From the IMG/VR virus record IMGVR_UViG_2912740531_000001, positions 8,142 through 72,141 of that record: a stretch of DNA of 64,000 nt. One strand, 5' to 3'. This DNA is from a virus (taxonomy: Duplodnaviria; Caudoviricetes). Of the stretch, positions 10,210 through 19,190 are shown piece after piece. The notes under the pieces were generated by a model. It did no database searches, was not told the DNA's origin, and saw only the letters and a program-made list of their open reading frames with translations. The first letter of the stretch is position 1. Every line of letters starts with the position of its first letter. Made by a program: the position numbers and the translations under genes.

Positions 10210-10278
10210 GAACGGTTCCGAGGAGGTCAACGGCATCGGGCGCCCGATAGGTGCGGCCGTCGCGGACCGAGCCTCGGG

Positions 10279-11568
10279 ATGCCACCGTCGCGGTCATGGC
10301 ACGGACGGCCCGATGTCAGTGCCATGCCGCAGACTTGGAGGATGCACCGGAACGGCAGGCTGTTCAGCAGCGGGACTCTTCGCGACTATCTGCACAAGAA
10401 TCTCCAGAAGATCACCCAGGCGGTCGACGCATGGGATCCCGAGAAGTTCCTGATAACGACCGAGGCCGACGTCATCGAGGAACTGACGAACGCCTTCCGC
10501 ATCGTGGTGCCCACGCTCGACCGCGAGGGCGTCGGGATCGAGCCGCTGAAGCAGGGCTACGGAGTCGTCGAGAGACTCGGAGACTCCCTCAGGGTCGCCC
10601 AGAACACGGTCACACTGCTGGTTCCCTACACCGGAGACCGCGCCATCTTCGCCCTCCAGCCCAACCCCCACATGGAACCGGGACCACAGGGGACGGTGAC
10701 CGACACGGAGGTCAGGCTCGCCTGGACCGGCCAGAGCACGGACCACGAATTCGTACGCCGAGCCCTGGACGAGAGGATCAGCGAGATCACGAAGTGTCTC
10801 GGCTGGGCGCGGGCCAACGTCAACGGCTACAACGCACAGATCGAGCAGGTGATCCCTCAGAGGGTGCATGCCCGCAAGCAGGCTCTTCTTGCCAGCAGGA
10901 ACCTTGAGGCCTCGCTCGGGTTCCCGATCCGCAAGCGCACGGACGCCAAGACCTACGAGGTCCCGCTGGTCCGGAAGAAGATCAAGACGGAGTCCGCCGA
11001 GTCGTCCACGGACCCTTCGTTCAAGCCCGAGCATGTGCTCGCCGACGCGGACTACGAAGAGGCGCTGCGGGTCCTGAAGAACGCCCGTAATCAGCTGGAA
11101 CGCTCACCCTCGCTGGCCGGCAAGCTCGACGAGGAGGAGATCCGGGATGTGTTGCTCCTGGCACTGAACTCCCAGTTCGAGGGCACGGCCGCGGGCGAGG
11201 TGTTCAACTTCAAGGGCAAGACCGACATCCTCATCCGGGTCGAGGACAGGCACGTGTTCATCGGCGAGTGCAAGTTCTGGAAAGGCCCGAAGACCATCAC
11301 CGACACGCTGAACCAGTTGCTCGGCTATCTGACCTGGCGGGACACCAAGGCGGCCGTGCTGTTGTTCGTCAGGGAGAAGGCGTTCTCCGAGATCGTCTCC
11401 AAGGCCCTGGGGAAGCTGGAGGAGCATCCCAACTTCAAGCGGCGGGGCTCGACCAACGAGTTCGGCACCCGCCATGACTTCGTCTTCCATGTCGATGGAG
11501 ATCCGTCCCGCGAGGTCAAACTGGCCTTCCTTCCCTTCCACCTCCGCCAGGCCGACTCCGGCAGCTGA
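10279..11568 (+). CDS. PD-(D/E)xK restriction-like nuclease domain protein (start uncertain)
   Basis: C-terminal EEEIRD, GKTDILI, IGECKFW, NQLLGY motifs. Confidence 0.7.
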   Translation: MPPSRSWHGRPDVSAMPQTWRMHRNGRLFSSGTLRDYLHKNLQKITQAVDAWDPEKFLITTEADVIEELTNAFRIVVPTLDREGVGIEPLKQGYGVVERLGDSLRVAQNTVTLLVPYTGDRAIFALQPNPHMEPGPQGTVTDTEVRLAWTGQSTDHEFVRRALDERISEITKCLGWARANVNGYNAQIEQVIPQRVHARKQALLASRNLEASLGFPIRKRTDAKTYEVPLVRKKIKTESAESSTDPSFKPEHVLADADYEEALRVLKNARNQLERSPSLAGKLDEEEIRDVLLLALNSQFEGTAAGEVFNFKGKTDILIRVEDRHVFIGECKFWKGPKTITDTLNQLLGYLTWRDTKAAVLLFVREKAFSEIVSKALGKLEEHPNFKRRGSTNEFGTRHDFVFHVDGDPSREVKLAFLPFHLRQADSGS

Positions 11569-11616
11569 GACGGGCACGGTCAACGGTCAGACACAAGCCC
11601 CGTTCACAACGTTCCC

Positions 11617-12062
11617 GGCGCGCCCGTGCCGTCCCCCGGGCGCGCCGATCCGCGCGCACCCAGGCGCGCCTCGAGACCACGCGCCCTCACCCCGGCCGCG
11701 CCGCGCGCCAAAGCAGACGCGCCCTGGCGCGCGCCCTTGACCTGTACATTCCCGCAGGCGCGCCGCGCGCCTGATCGTGGCGCGGCTCGTCGAGCGCGGC
11801 CCCGGGAGATGACCGTGCGGGGCCCTGGTCGGCGCGCCTAGACGCGCGCGGGCTGCTCGAGGGTGAGCGCCCAGCGGCGCGGTGGGCCGCGCGGCCGCGC
11901 GCCGATCGACCGTTCCCGCACCGAGGACCGCGCCAGTCCCGCGCGCGGTCCAGCCTCCAGGCGCGCCCGGACATGACGAAGGGCGCGCCATCGGGCGCGC
12001 CCTGGGAGAGTGGACGATCGGTCGAGAGCGCGCCTACTGCGCGCCGGACCGGGCCGCGCGCC
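11617..12062. repeat. Dense cluster of GGCGCGCC/GCGCGC palindromic words
   Basis: GGCGCGCC near 11617, 11639, 11663, 11757, 11831, 11960, 11982 and 11994, with many variants, between convergent genes. Confidence 0.6.
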
Positions 12063-12855
12063 GGATGTCCCGACGGTCGCGGCGCTCCTGCTGCTTGGCG
12101 GCACGGTCCTCGCCGCGGACCTGGCGCAGGAGCGCGAGCAGTTCCTGGGGGTGGGCCTGGCCGAGGAGCTTGAGTGCCTGGAGCCGGTGGTTCGGCTCAC
12201 TCGGCATCCGCCCCTGGCGTGCGTCCGCGTACTGCACGGCGTAGCGCAGGAACGAGGCCTCGGTCTGCACGCGCTGCCGGAAGCCTTCGACCCGGCGCCG
12301 GTGAGTGGTACGGCTCTCGCCGGGCGCCGGCTCGGGCATGAAGCCGGCCGGATCCTCGAGCATCAGGCGGCAGATGTCCGCCGTCCTCCTGGCTACTCTG
12401 TGTGAACGGAACGCGAGCTCCTCGACCCGTGGTGACGTCGGCTCGGGCACCGGCTCCCCGAGGACCAATCCAGTCCACCGATCGGAGAAGGCGTCATCGT
12501 CCAGTGCCGCCAGTTCCTTCGCATGCTCGTGGGCCAGGTCGTCGACGACGTCCTGGATCGGGCCCATGGCGGCCTTGATCGCCGCCCGCCACGGCGCGAT
12601 ACGGGCCTGCTGCTGCCGCTTGGTCTCCCCCTCCTGGAGGGGGTTGTAGGTCTTCGCTCGCCGCCCGGCCGTCTCGAGGGCGAGGAGCGTACGCGGGGCG
12701 AGCAGGGGCGAACTGAAGGCTTCGCCCTGGACATCCCGAGGGACCCGCCGGTCGGTGCCGCCCGTGACGTAGGCGACGACCCTGTCCATGAATGCGTCGT
12801 CGCTCAACCGGGACAGACGCTGGATCTCGGCCGCGACCTTCCGCGCATCAGCCAT
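12034..12855 (-). CDS. Hypothetical helical protein
   Basis: Start re-called at MADARK after GGAGGAG; two similar halves (LSDDAF / LDDDAF; EGETKRQ / PGESRTT). Confidence 0.7.
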   Translation of the reverse strand: MADARKVAAEIQRLSRLSDDAFMDRVVAYVTGGTDRRVPRDVQGEAFSSPLLAPRTLLALETAGRRAKTYNPLQEGETKRQQQARIAPWRAAIKAAMGPIQDVVDDLAHEHAKELAALDDDAFSDRWTGLVLGEPVPEPTSPRVEELAFRSHRVARRTADICRLMLEDPAGFMPEPAPGESRTTHRRRVEGFRQRVQTEASFLRYAVQYADARQGRMPSEPNHRLQALKLLGQAHPQELLALLRQVRGEDRAAKQQERRDRRDIRRAARSGAQ

Positions 12856-13190
12856 AGGGGGTGCTCCTCCGTTTCGGGTAAGGCCCGTGCTCTCGGGCTC
12901 TGGGTGTGCCTGTAAACAGGGTGAGGTGGCCGCACGGTCGCGAAGAGGCGTAGCCGGATCATCGCAGGAGCATCCGCTCCCCGGCCCCGAGTGCTCTACA
13001 CGCACCCGGTTGATCGGCCCCGTCTTGGCCAAAGGCGACCACGGGCCGTAGGAACACCCTCTTCCGAGAGATGCGTGTCAGCCCATAAACCTTTGACCGG
13101 AGTCTCAGACGCGGTTCTTCGCGGCGGCAGTACGGCCACCTCGCTGCAGATGGTACCCGCCGGCCGGAGGACGGACGGGCGGCGTAGGCC

Positions 13191-13514
13191 TTACTCGGCC
13201 TGATGGGACGTCCTCTTGGTCGTCAGGGACTCGATCATCGGGGCGAGCTTGCTCGGCTTCCACACGAGGTCATAGCTCGTCTGGGAGGCAGCCAGTACAC
13301 CCAGGATCGTGACCATGGTCAGCTTGCTGTGCTGGAACTGATCCCAGCCTCCAGCCGCCGCCACGGCGAAGACGCCGGCCACGAGCGAGACCACGACCGC
13401 GACAGCCTTCTTGTACTTCGCCGACCAGGCCGGGCGCTGCACGACCGCGGTGAGCAGCGGGAGCACAGCGCCGACCTGACCGCCGGTGGAGAGAGCTTCG
13501 AGCGTTGGAGACAT
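13191..13514 (-). CDS. Holin
   Basis: About 107 aa, 2-3 TM segments, PLLTAVVQRPAWS pattern of actinophage holins; at the end of the virion module. Confidence 0.75.
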   Translation of the reverse strand: MSPTLEALSTGGQVGAVLPLLTAVVQRPAWSAKYKKAVAVVVSLVAGVFAVAAAGGWDQFQHSKLTMVTILGVLAASQTSYDLVWKPSKLAPMIESLTTKRTSHQAE

Positions 13515-13569
13515 GGTGTTGCCCTTCATGCGGGATTACGTGACGGGCGGACTGTGCGCGAGGTCGGTG

Positions 13570-13581
13570 CCTTACGTCGCG
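13570..13581 (-). promoter_or_regulatory. Phage promoter motif copy (CGCGACGTAAGG-N13-CACAGT)
   Basis: Upstream of the holin; one mismatch to consensus. Confidence 0.65.
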
Positions 13582-13588
13582 TCCTGAG

Positions 13589-13969
13589 TCAGCCGCTGGA
13601 CCCGTCGCCCAGGTCCTCGGCGATCTCCCGCGGCGGGGCAGGGGCGGGGCGCTCATAGAGCTTCACGACCAGGGCGCGGAGCTGGTGGATGTACTCGACG
13701 GCCGCGGCCTTCCAGCGCCTCCACTGCCGCTGTTCCTCCTCCAGACGTTCGACCCGGCTCTCGAGTGTGGCCACTCTGTCGAGCGTCTGCGCGTTCGTCG
13801 CGCGCTGCTGCTCGAGGAGCTGGGTGAAGCCCTGGGTCATGGTCTGTACCGAATCCACGGTGTCGGTCTTGCGCTGGTTCCCTCGGTACACCAGCCACGC
13901 CCCACCCAGCACGCCAGTCATGCCGAAGATCGGAGAGAGGACAGGCGCCAGAGAGGTGAGCAGCTCCAC
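13589..13969 (-). CDS. Membrane-anchored coiled-coil protein of the lysis region
   Basis: N-terminal TM helix then coiled coil; RBS GAGGAGG. Confidence 0.7.
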   Translation of the reverse strand: MELLTSLAPVLSPIFGMTGVLGGAWLVYRGNQRKTDTVDSVQTMTQGFTQLLEQQRATNAQTLDRVATLESRVERLEEEQRQWRRWKAAAVEYIHQLRALVVKLYERPAPAPPREIAEDLGDGSSG

Positions 13970-14070
13970 GGGGGCGCCTCCTCGGTCATCGGCCGTCGGT
14001 TGGGGTGCGCGGGAGCCGGGGCCCGAAGTCCCGCGGCTCCCCGCGACGATGACGTTGGAGGAGGGTGGTG

Positions 14071-14082
14071 GTTAGCGTCGCG
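14071..14082 (-). promoter_or_regulatory. Phage promoter motif copy (CGCGACGCTAAC-N13-CAACGT)
   Basis: Intergenic, consensus match. Confidence 0.75.
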
Positions 14083-14094
14083 TGCTGGCTGCCG

Positions 14095-15432
14095 TCAGAC
14101 TCCGTCGATCAGGCGCTCGGCGAGGTACGGGGAGAAGGTGCCTGCCGGGGTGTTGTCGGGAGCGATGCCACACTGGCCGTCCGAGTCGCCGGGGTACTTG
14201 ATCCACAGCAGGTACTCGGCTCCGCCGACGCCGACCGAGCTCGGGACTCCGAGACGGCGGCCGGCCGGGTTGCAGTAGTCGACGTGCTGCCCGTTGTCGT
14301 CCACCGCGCCGTTGCCGTTGCGGGCGGTGTCGATGACAAACTTCACGCCGGTCACGCCCGCGCTGGCGAGCTCGGTGACGACCTGGTGGCCGTAGCCGCA
14401 ACTGATGTCGGTGGCGTCGAAGTTGCTCACGCCGATCGCGATGCGCTCCGTCGACGCGATGCCGCCCTTGATGAGCCGGGCCGCCGTCTCCGCGGGCTTG
14501 AGCCACGTCGCGTTGCCGGCATCGAGGTAGGCCCGGACGAGCGGCTTGGCACCGAAGGCCTGCGCCGCGTAGGTCGACAGTTCATATCGCTTGTCGCGGG
14601 CCTCCTGGGTGGGCAGGGACTCGGCCTGGGCGAGGGAGTCGGGTTCGACGATGACGATGGCGGGCCGGTCCCCGATCCCGGCAACGAAGGCGTCGACCCA
14701 CGCCTTGTACGCCTCGGGGGTGAGCGCACCGCCGTGGGACTCGCCACCGTTGTCCCGCCAGTACATGTTGTACGCGGCTAGGATGGGCACCTTCCCGGCC
14801 GCGGCCGCCGCGGACACGTACGCGTCGACGTCGGCCTGGATGTTCTGATTCCAGTCGCCGAACCACTTGGCTCCGGGGCGCCGGGCTATCGCGTTGCGGA
14901 TCTTCGCGGCTCGCCCGTCGGTGGGGTTGAGGGCCAGCCACTTGAGTGCGTTGCTGTCGGGGTCGACGTAGAAGCCCTCTCGGACGGTCGACGTCGTCAG
15001 GCGGACCTCTGCGAGCGTGACGGTGACGGGCGTGCCCTGCCCCATCTGGAAGGACACCTGACCGGTGGTCGTGTCCAGGTCCGAGGTGAACGTGTAGACG
15101 AACGACGTGTCGACGGTGCCCAGGACGACGGTCTTGTCCAGGGCCGCAGTCCACGGGTCAGAGCCGAGGCCGACCTGGACGCGCAGCGAGGTGTTCACCT
15201 GGGAGGCGCGGGCGGTGAAGGTCAGGGTGTACGCGGCGCCCTTGCGCAGCACGATGCCGTCCTGCCCGAGCGGTGCGTCCCACAGGTTGACGGCGTCGGT
15301 CGTGGCGGTCGCGTCCATCCCGCCGGCGGAGCCCGCGGCGATGCTGACCTTGGCGGGGTCTCCCGCCCACCAAGAGGTGGTGCCGTTGCTGAAATCGTGG
15401 TTGCTGACGAGGTCGCCGTAGGTTCCGGCCAT
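14095..15432 (-). CDS. CBM4/9 plus glycoside hydrolase family 6 (cellulase-like), no signal peptide
   Basis: GH6 motifs YNMYWRD, IVIVEPDSL, FVIDTARNGNG, YCNPAGRRLG, LWIKYPGDSDG; N-terminal LVSNHDFSNG and YTLTFTARAS CBM4-like module. Confidence 0.9.
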   Translation of the reverse strand: MAGTYGDLVSNHDFSNGTTSWWAGDPAKVSIAAGSAGGMDATATTDAVNLWDAPLGQDGIVLRKGAAYTLTFTARASQVNTSLRVQVGLGSDPWTAALDKTVVLGTVDTSFVYTFTSDLDTTTGQVSFQMGQGTPVTVTLAEVRLTTSTVREGFYVDPDSNALKWLALNPTDGRAAKIRNAIARRPGAKWFGDWNQNIQADVDAYVSAAAAAGKVPILAAYNMYWRDNGGESHGGALTPEAYKAWVDAFVAGIGDRPAIVIVEPDSLAQAESLPTQEARDKRYELSTYAAQAFGAKPLVRAYLDAGNATWLKPAETAARLIKGGIASTERIAIGVSNFDATDISCGYGHQVVTELASAGVTGVKFVIDTARNGNGAVDDNGQHVDYCNPAGRRLGVPSSVGVGGAEYLLWIKYPGDSDGQCGIAPDNTPAGTFSPYLAERLIDGV

Positions 15433-15451
15433 GGGCGGGTGGTGCTCCTTG

Positions 15452-17908
15452 CTACTTGGTGAAGGTCACCCGCAACTTGGGCGGGTAGGTCTGGCCGGCG
15501 CCTCGGAAGATGCCGTAGTACGTGCGATTCGTGGTGTTGGGGTCGAGCGCGATTCCGCGCCATCGCGTCGAGTCGAAGACGCTGGTGATGTCGACCCACT
15601 TGCCTTGATTCCGGGCCCACGAAATGGTCTTGACCTCGCTGTCCGAGCTGAACGTTGCGGGTCGGGAGGTGTGTGGGTGGGCCTTGATGACGGCCTTGCC
15701 GCCGCTGGCGTAGTACCAGTGCTCGGCGTACAGGTAGACCTCAGCTTTGACGATCTTTGCGCCGGACAGGTCGGTGCCAAGTGCGGAGGGGAAGCCGATC
15801 AACGCGGACTGGATGCCGTTATTCGAGGAGTAGTAGCCCTGAACGCACTTGTTGCCGTAGTAGGCGTTGTAACCGGCGCGCTTGGCGTACGACCCGGACC
15901 ACGAGGCCGTGTAGGTCTTTGTGTAGGTTTGCACGGGTTCGGCGGCGCTTCCGCCGCCGGTGTTGTATCCACCGGTGACGGGGATCTCCGGGCCGGTGTC
16001 CTCGATGTAGAAGACATTGCTGCGGCCGGTCGTGCTCAGCCCAAGGTCGAGGGTTTGCCCGCTGCTGCCGCCTGAGTTCTCGAAGGAGAGCAGCAGGCGG
16101 TGCAGACCGCCGCCGAGCGTGGTGCCGCTGGCGTTGTACTCCAAGCTGACTTGCTGGTAGCGGCCGGTGTGGGCGGGCGTGTGGATCGAGGTCTGGCGCA
16201 GCGTCGAGGTGATGGTGGGCTTCGAGGTGCCCCCGTCGCGCAGGTAGAGGCGGATCTCTCCGTCCGTGGCGTTGTCGAGGTTTGCGGTCGCTCGGAACAC
16301 GACCCGGTAGAGGCGTCCGGCCTCGGCGGTGAACGGCAGCTCGTAGTAGCCCATTTCGCTGCCCGTTGCGGTGACCGTGGATGTGGGGTGTGCGCGCGCG
16401 ACGATGCCCTTGGGGCCGGCACCGATCAGGGCGGAGACGGGATCGCCGCCTACGGTGAGGTCACCCGCGACGTTGAGGTCGGCGAAGTTGCCATTCCCCG
16501 CGGTGTCGATGGTTGCCACGGCGGTGCCGTCGGTGCGCAGGGTGAGGTACTGCGGCGCGCCAGTCACCAGAGCGACGGCTTCTTGCCCGGTTTCGTCGAA
16601 CAGGCGCAGTCCCTGGGGGCCTACTTCGGCGCGGGCGCCGCCGATCGCGCGGCCGAAGACCGGATGTACTTCCGCGTTGTCCCACACGGCCCATCCGCGG
16701 GTGGCGGCCGAGGCCTCCAGACACAGCACGGCCTGCGTGGTGCCGGTCGGGGCGGCGACTTGCCCGGTGATGCGCTGCCATCGACCCGGCTCCGGTGTGG
16801 TCGTCTCCACCACGCCATAGCCGAGCACGGTGCCCGCTGCGCTCTCCCAGCGGGCGAGGATCTTCACCGCCTGGGCGACGATGTCCTGCGAGACCAGTAT
16901 GTCGACGCCGAGCCAGAGTTGCGTGCGGGACAGGACCGGGACCTTAGCCAACGGCAGTGTGAAGTATGTAGGGGTGTCGGCGGTCAAGTCGCAGTTGATG
17001 CCGACTCCGAAGCGGTTGCCGGGGGCCAGGGCCCAGGGCGCGCCGCCCGCGGCCACGATGTTCGCGGTCGCCGCGGTCTCGAAGGATGGGTCGGGGATCA
17101 GGTTGGTGCCCTGGCCTACGGCAATGTGTTCGGGCGTGACGGCCCCGACGGACAGGTGCGTGGTGTTCACGGCCCCTGCGGCGATTTTGCCGGCGGTCAC
17201 GGATTGCGCCTTTAGCTCTCGCGAGGAGATCGTGTCGGCGGCGATCTTCCCGGCGACCACGGAGTTCGCGGCAAGCAGGTCCGCACCGATGGTCTCCCTG
17301 ACCAGCTTGGATCCGGGTACGGACGCGTCCTTGAGCCACACGGCCAGGTCAAGCAGCGCGGACAGGTCGGGCCCGTCGACGGCGCGTGGGGTGCCGGCGA
17401 CTACGGGCGAAGCCTGGCCGGTGATCTCCGCGGTATTTGCGGCGACGAGCCGCACGTACACGGTGTTATAGGCGGCGGTCGCCACGGTGACAGTGCCGCC
17501 CGCGGTGTTGCTGATCGTCGCCGCGAGCGTCGTTGCATCAGGAGCGAAGTTCTCGGTGAGGCCGATGTGCACTTGGATGCGAGCGAAGTCGCTGGGGGTG
17601 GCGTAGGCGTCTTCCCATTGCCCGTCCCAGGTGACGATCAGTCCGGCGAGTACCGGCTCGAGAACCGGTGCCGTGGGGGTGGGCGGCGGGGTGGAGTTGA
17701 CCGCGACGACGGCCACCGCTCCGTCGTCCTGGACACCGACGGAGCCGCGCAGCACTCCGCCCTCGTCGTAGATGTCGAGGGAGCCGCCCTCGATGGAGGA
17801 GTAGCCGGCCTGCGCGGTGCGCTCTACGGCTTGTATCCGCCGCTCAAGGTCGGCCAGGACCTGGGCGAGGCGCCGTGCGTCCGACTGGATGTCCAGAAAG
17901 TTGGCCAT
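15452..17908 (-). CDS. Tail fibre / minor tail protein
   Basis: N-terminal coiled coil, FN3-like segment, VTAGKIAA repeats, NLIPDPSFE carbohydrate-binding-like domain. Confidence 0.8.
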   Translation of the reverse strand: MANFLDIQSDARRLAQVLADLERRIQAVERTAQAGYSSIEGGSLDIYDEGGVLRGSVGVQDDGAVAVVAVNSTPPPTPTAPVLEPVLAGLIVTWDGQWEDAYATPSDFARIQVHIGLTENFAPDATTLAATISNTAGGTVTVATAAYNTVYVRLVAANTAEITGQASPVVAGTPRAVDGPDLSALLDLAVWLKDASVPGSKLVRETIGADLLAANSVVAGKIAADTISSRELKAQSVTAGKIAAGAVNTTHLSVGAVTPEHIAVGQGTNLIPDPSFETAATANIVAAGGAPWALAPGNRFGVGINCDLTADTPTYFTLPLAKVPVLSRTQLWLGVDILVSQDIVAQAVKILARWESAAGTVLGYGVVETTTPEPGRWQRITGQVAAPTGTTQAVLCLEASAATRGWAVWDNAEVHPVFGRAIGGARAEVGPQGLRLFDETGQEAVALVTGAPQYLTLRTDGTAVATIDTAGNGNFADLNVAGDLTVGGDPVSALIGAGPKGIVARAHPTSTVTATGSEMGYYELPFTAEAGRLYRVVFRATANLDNATDGEIRLYLRDGGTSKPTITSTLRQTSIHTPAHTGRYQQVSLEYNASGTTLGGGLHRLLLSFENSGGSSGQTLDLGLSTTGRSNVFYIEDTGPEIPVTGGYNTGGGSAAEPVQTYTKTYTASWSGSYAKRAGYNAYYGNKCVQGYYSSNNGIQSALIGFPSALGTDLSGAKIVKAEVYLYAEHWYYASGGKAVIKAHPHTSRPATFSSDSEVKTISWARNQGKWVDITSVFDSTRWRGIALDPNTTNRTYYGIFRGAGQTYPPKLRVTFTK

Positions 17909-17935
17909 GGGCGCGGATGCTGGACGTTGGCCATG

Positions 17936-17947
17936 GTTAACGTCGCG
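17936..17947 (-). promoter_or_regulatory. Phage promoter motif copy (CGCGACGTTAAC-N13-CAGCAT), probably leaderless
   Basis: ATG of the tail fibre lies 8 nt after the -10 box. Confidence 0.75.
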
Positions 17948-17974
17948 CGCTGCCCGGCGAGGACATCCGCCGGG

Positions 17975-19189
17975 TTAGTAGTGGAAGCTGTCGGAGCGCT
18001 TCAGGAACAGGGTGCACAGGCCGTCTGCGCTGATTTCGTCGCTGACGATGCGGTGCCACACGTCGACGTCGCCGACCCATGGCACGTGTACTTGAACGCG
18101 GATGTCGTCGCCCAGGGCCCAGGAGCCCAACCGGGCGTTGGGGTGGTCGATGATCTGGATGGCGGGGATCTGCAGGGCCTGTGTTCGGCCGGCCAACTCC
18201 TGAGTGCCCCGGGTGCGCAGCGACTTGTCCGACGACAGTGTCTTGTCGGCGACGGTGGCAACCCGTCGCAGGCGCCCGTCGTAGCGGTAGACCTGCGCCC
18301 GCTTCATCTTCCGGCCCTCGCCTTTGCCGAGCACGATGACTTCGTTGGCGTACTCGTCGCCCATGCCCTCGGGCTTGGCGATGGCTGCGATGTTCTCGCC
18401 GTCGGCGAATCGCAGGTCTTTGCGCTTCCTGCCGATCCGCGGCTTCCCCAGGATCAGCCGGTGCTGGATTTCGTTGCCGCTGCCGGTCCAGGCGTGCGTC
18501 TCCATCCAGTCGAATGGGGTGTCCCTGGCAAGGGCGTCGAGGGCTTGGCCACAGTCGGGGGCGTTCCACCAGGCGAGTTCCCACGGGTCGGAGCCGTCCG
18601 CGGCGCCCAGCTTCTCGCCCAGGTCGTGGGTGTCGACCTTGAGCCCGATGTTCCCGTAAGGGCGTGACTGGACGTGGCTCCAGATGTTCCGGAAGGCGTC
18701 GTACACGTCGATGCGAGGGCCGCCGTACGGCTTCGGCGGGGGTGGCACCCGCTGCTTCCCCTTTTGCCCGTCCACCCAGCCGTCATGGTTCTTGTCCTTG
18801 CCTGCATACGGGTCCTTGGGCGTGATCAATGCGCCGGAAATCATGTAGCTCTCGTACGGGATGCCCTGCGGGTAGGCGGAGAAGCCCTCGCAGTAGATGG
18901 AGGCCTTCGGCCCGTCGTACGCCGTTTTCGTGACGATGCCGCCCCACCGGATACGGCCGTCGATCTCCAGGTACAGCTTGGTACCCCACTCCTGCAGGAT
19001 CGGCTTGCCGTCGGAACCGATCATGCGGGCGTACTCGGGTTCGATGGTGCCGTTCAACGACCCCGGCCCGGACAGATCCCGTCTCGGGTTCGAGGCCAGA
19101 GCGAGGGGTACCTCCCAGTCCAGGATGGGCTCGGTGGCGGCCCGTCCCCCGCTGGCCCGCTGCGCGATGTACCGCCAGCCCGTCGGCAC
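17975..19189 (-). CDS. Minor tail protein (siphovirus Gp37-like hub)
   Basis: RDLSGPGSL, IRWGGIV, YANEVIVLGKGEG, ALGDDIRV; position after the distal tail genes. Confidence 0.8.
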   Translation of the reverse strand: MPTGWRYIAQRASGGRAATEPILDWEVPLALASNPRRDLSGPGSLNGTIEPEYARMIGSDGKPILQEWGTKLYLEIDGRIRWGGIVTKTAYDGPKASIYCEGFSAYPQGIPYESYMISGALITPKDPYAGKDKNHDGWVDGQKGKQRVPPPPKPYGGPRIDVYDAFRNIWSHVQSRPYGNIGLKVDTHDLGEKLGAADGSDPWELAWWNAPDCGQALDALARDTPFDWMETHAWTGSGNEIQHRLILGKPRIGRKRKDLRFADGENIAAIAKPEGMGDEYANEVIVLGKGEGRKMKRAQVYRYDGRLRRVATVADKTLSSDKSLRTRGTQELAGRTQALQIPAIQIIDHPNARLGSWALGDDIRVQVHVPWVGDVDVWHRIVSDEISADGLCTLFLKRSDSFHY

Positions 19190-19190
19190 C

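Noticed and set aside
11588-11612. CAGACACAAGC on the plus strand resembling the promoter motif
   Set aside because: 5' half mismatched, CANNNT spacing wrong and no credible downstream gene
11587-11991. Arg/Ala-rich ORFs over the GGCGCGCC tract
   Set aside because: Composition reflects the DNA repeats; no RBS or consistent codon bias
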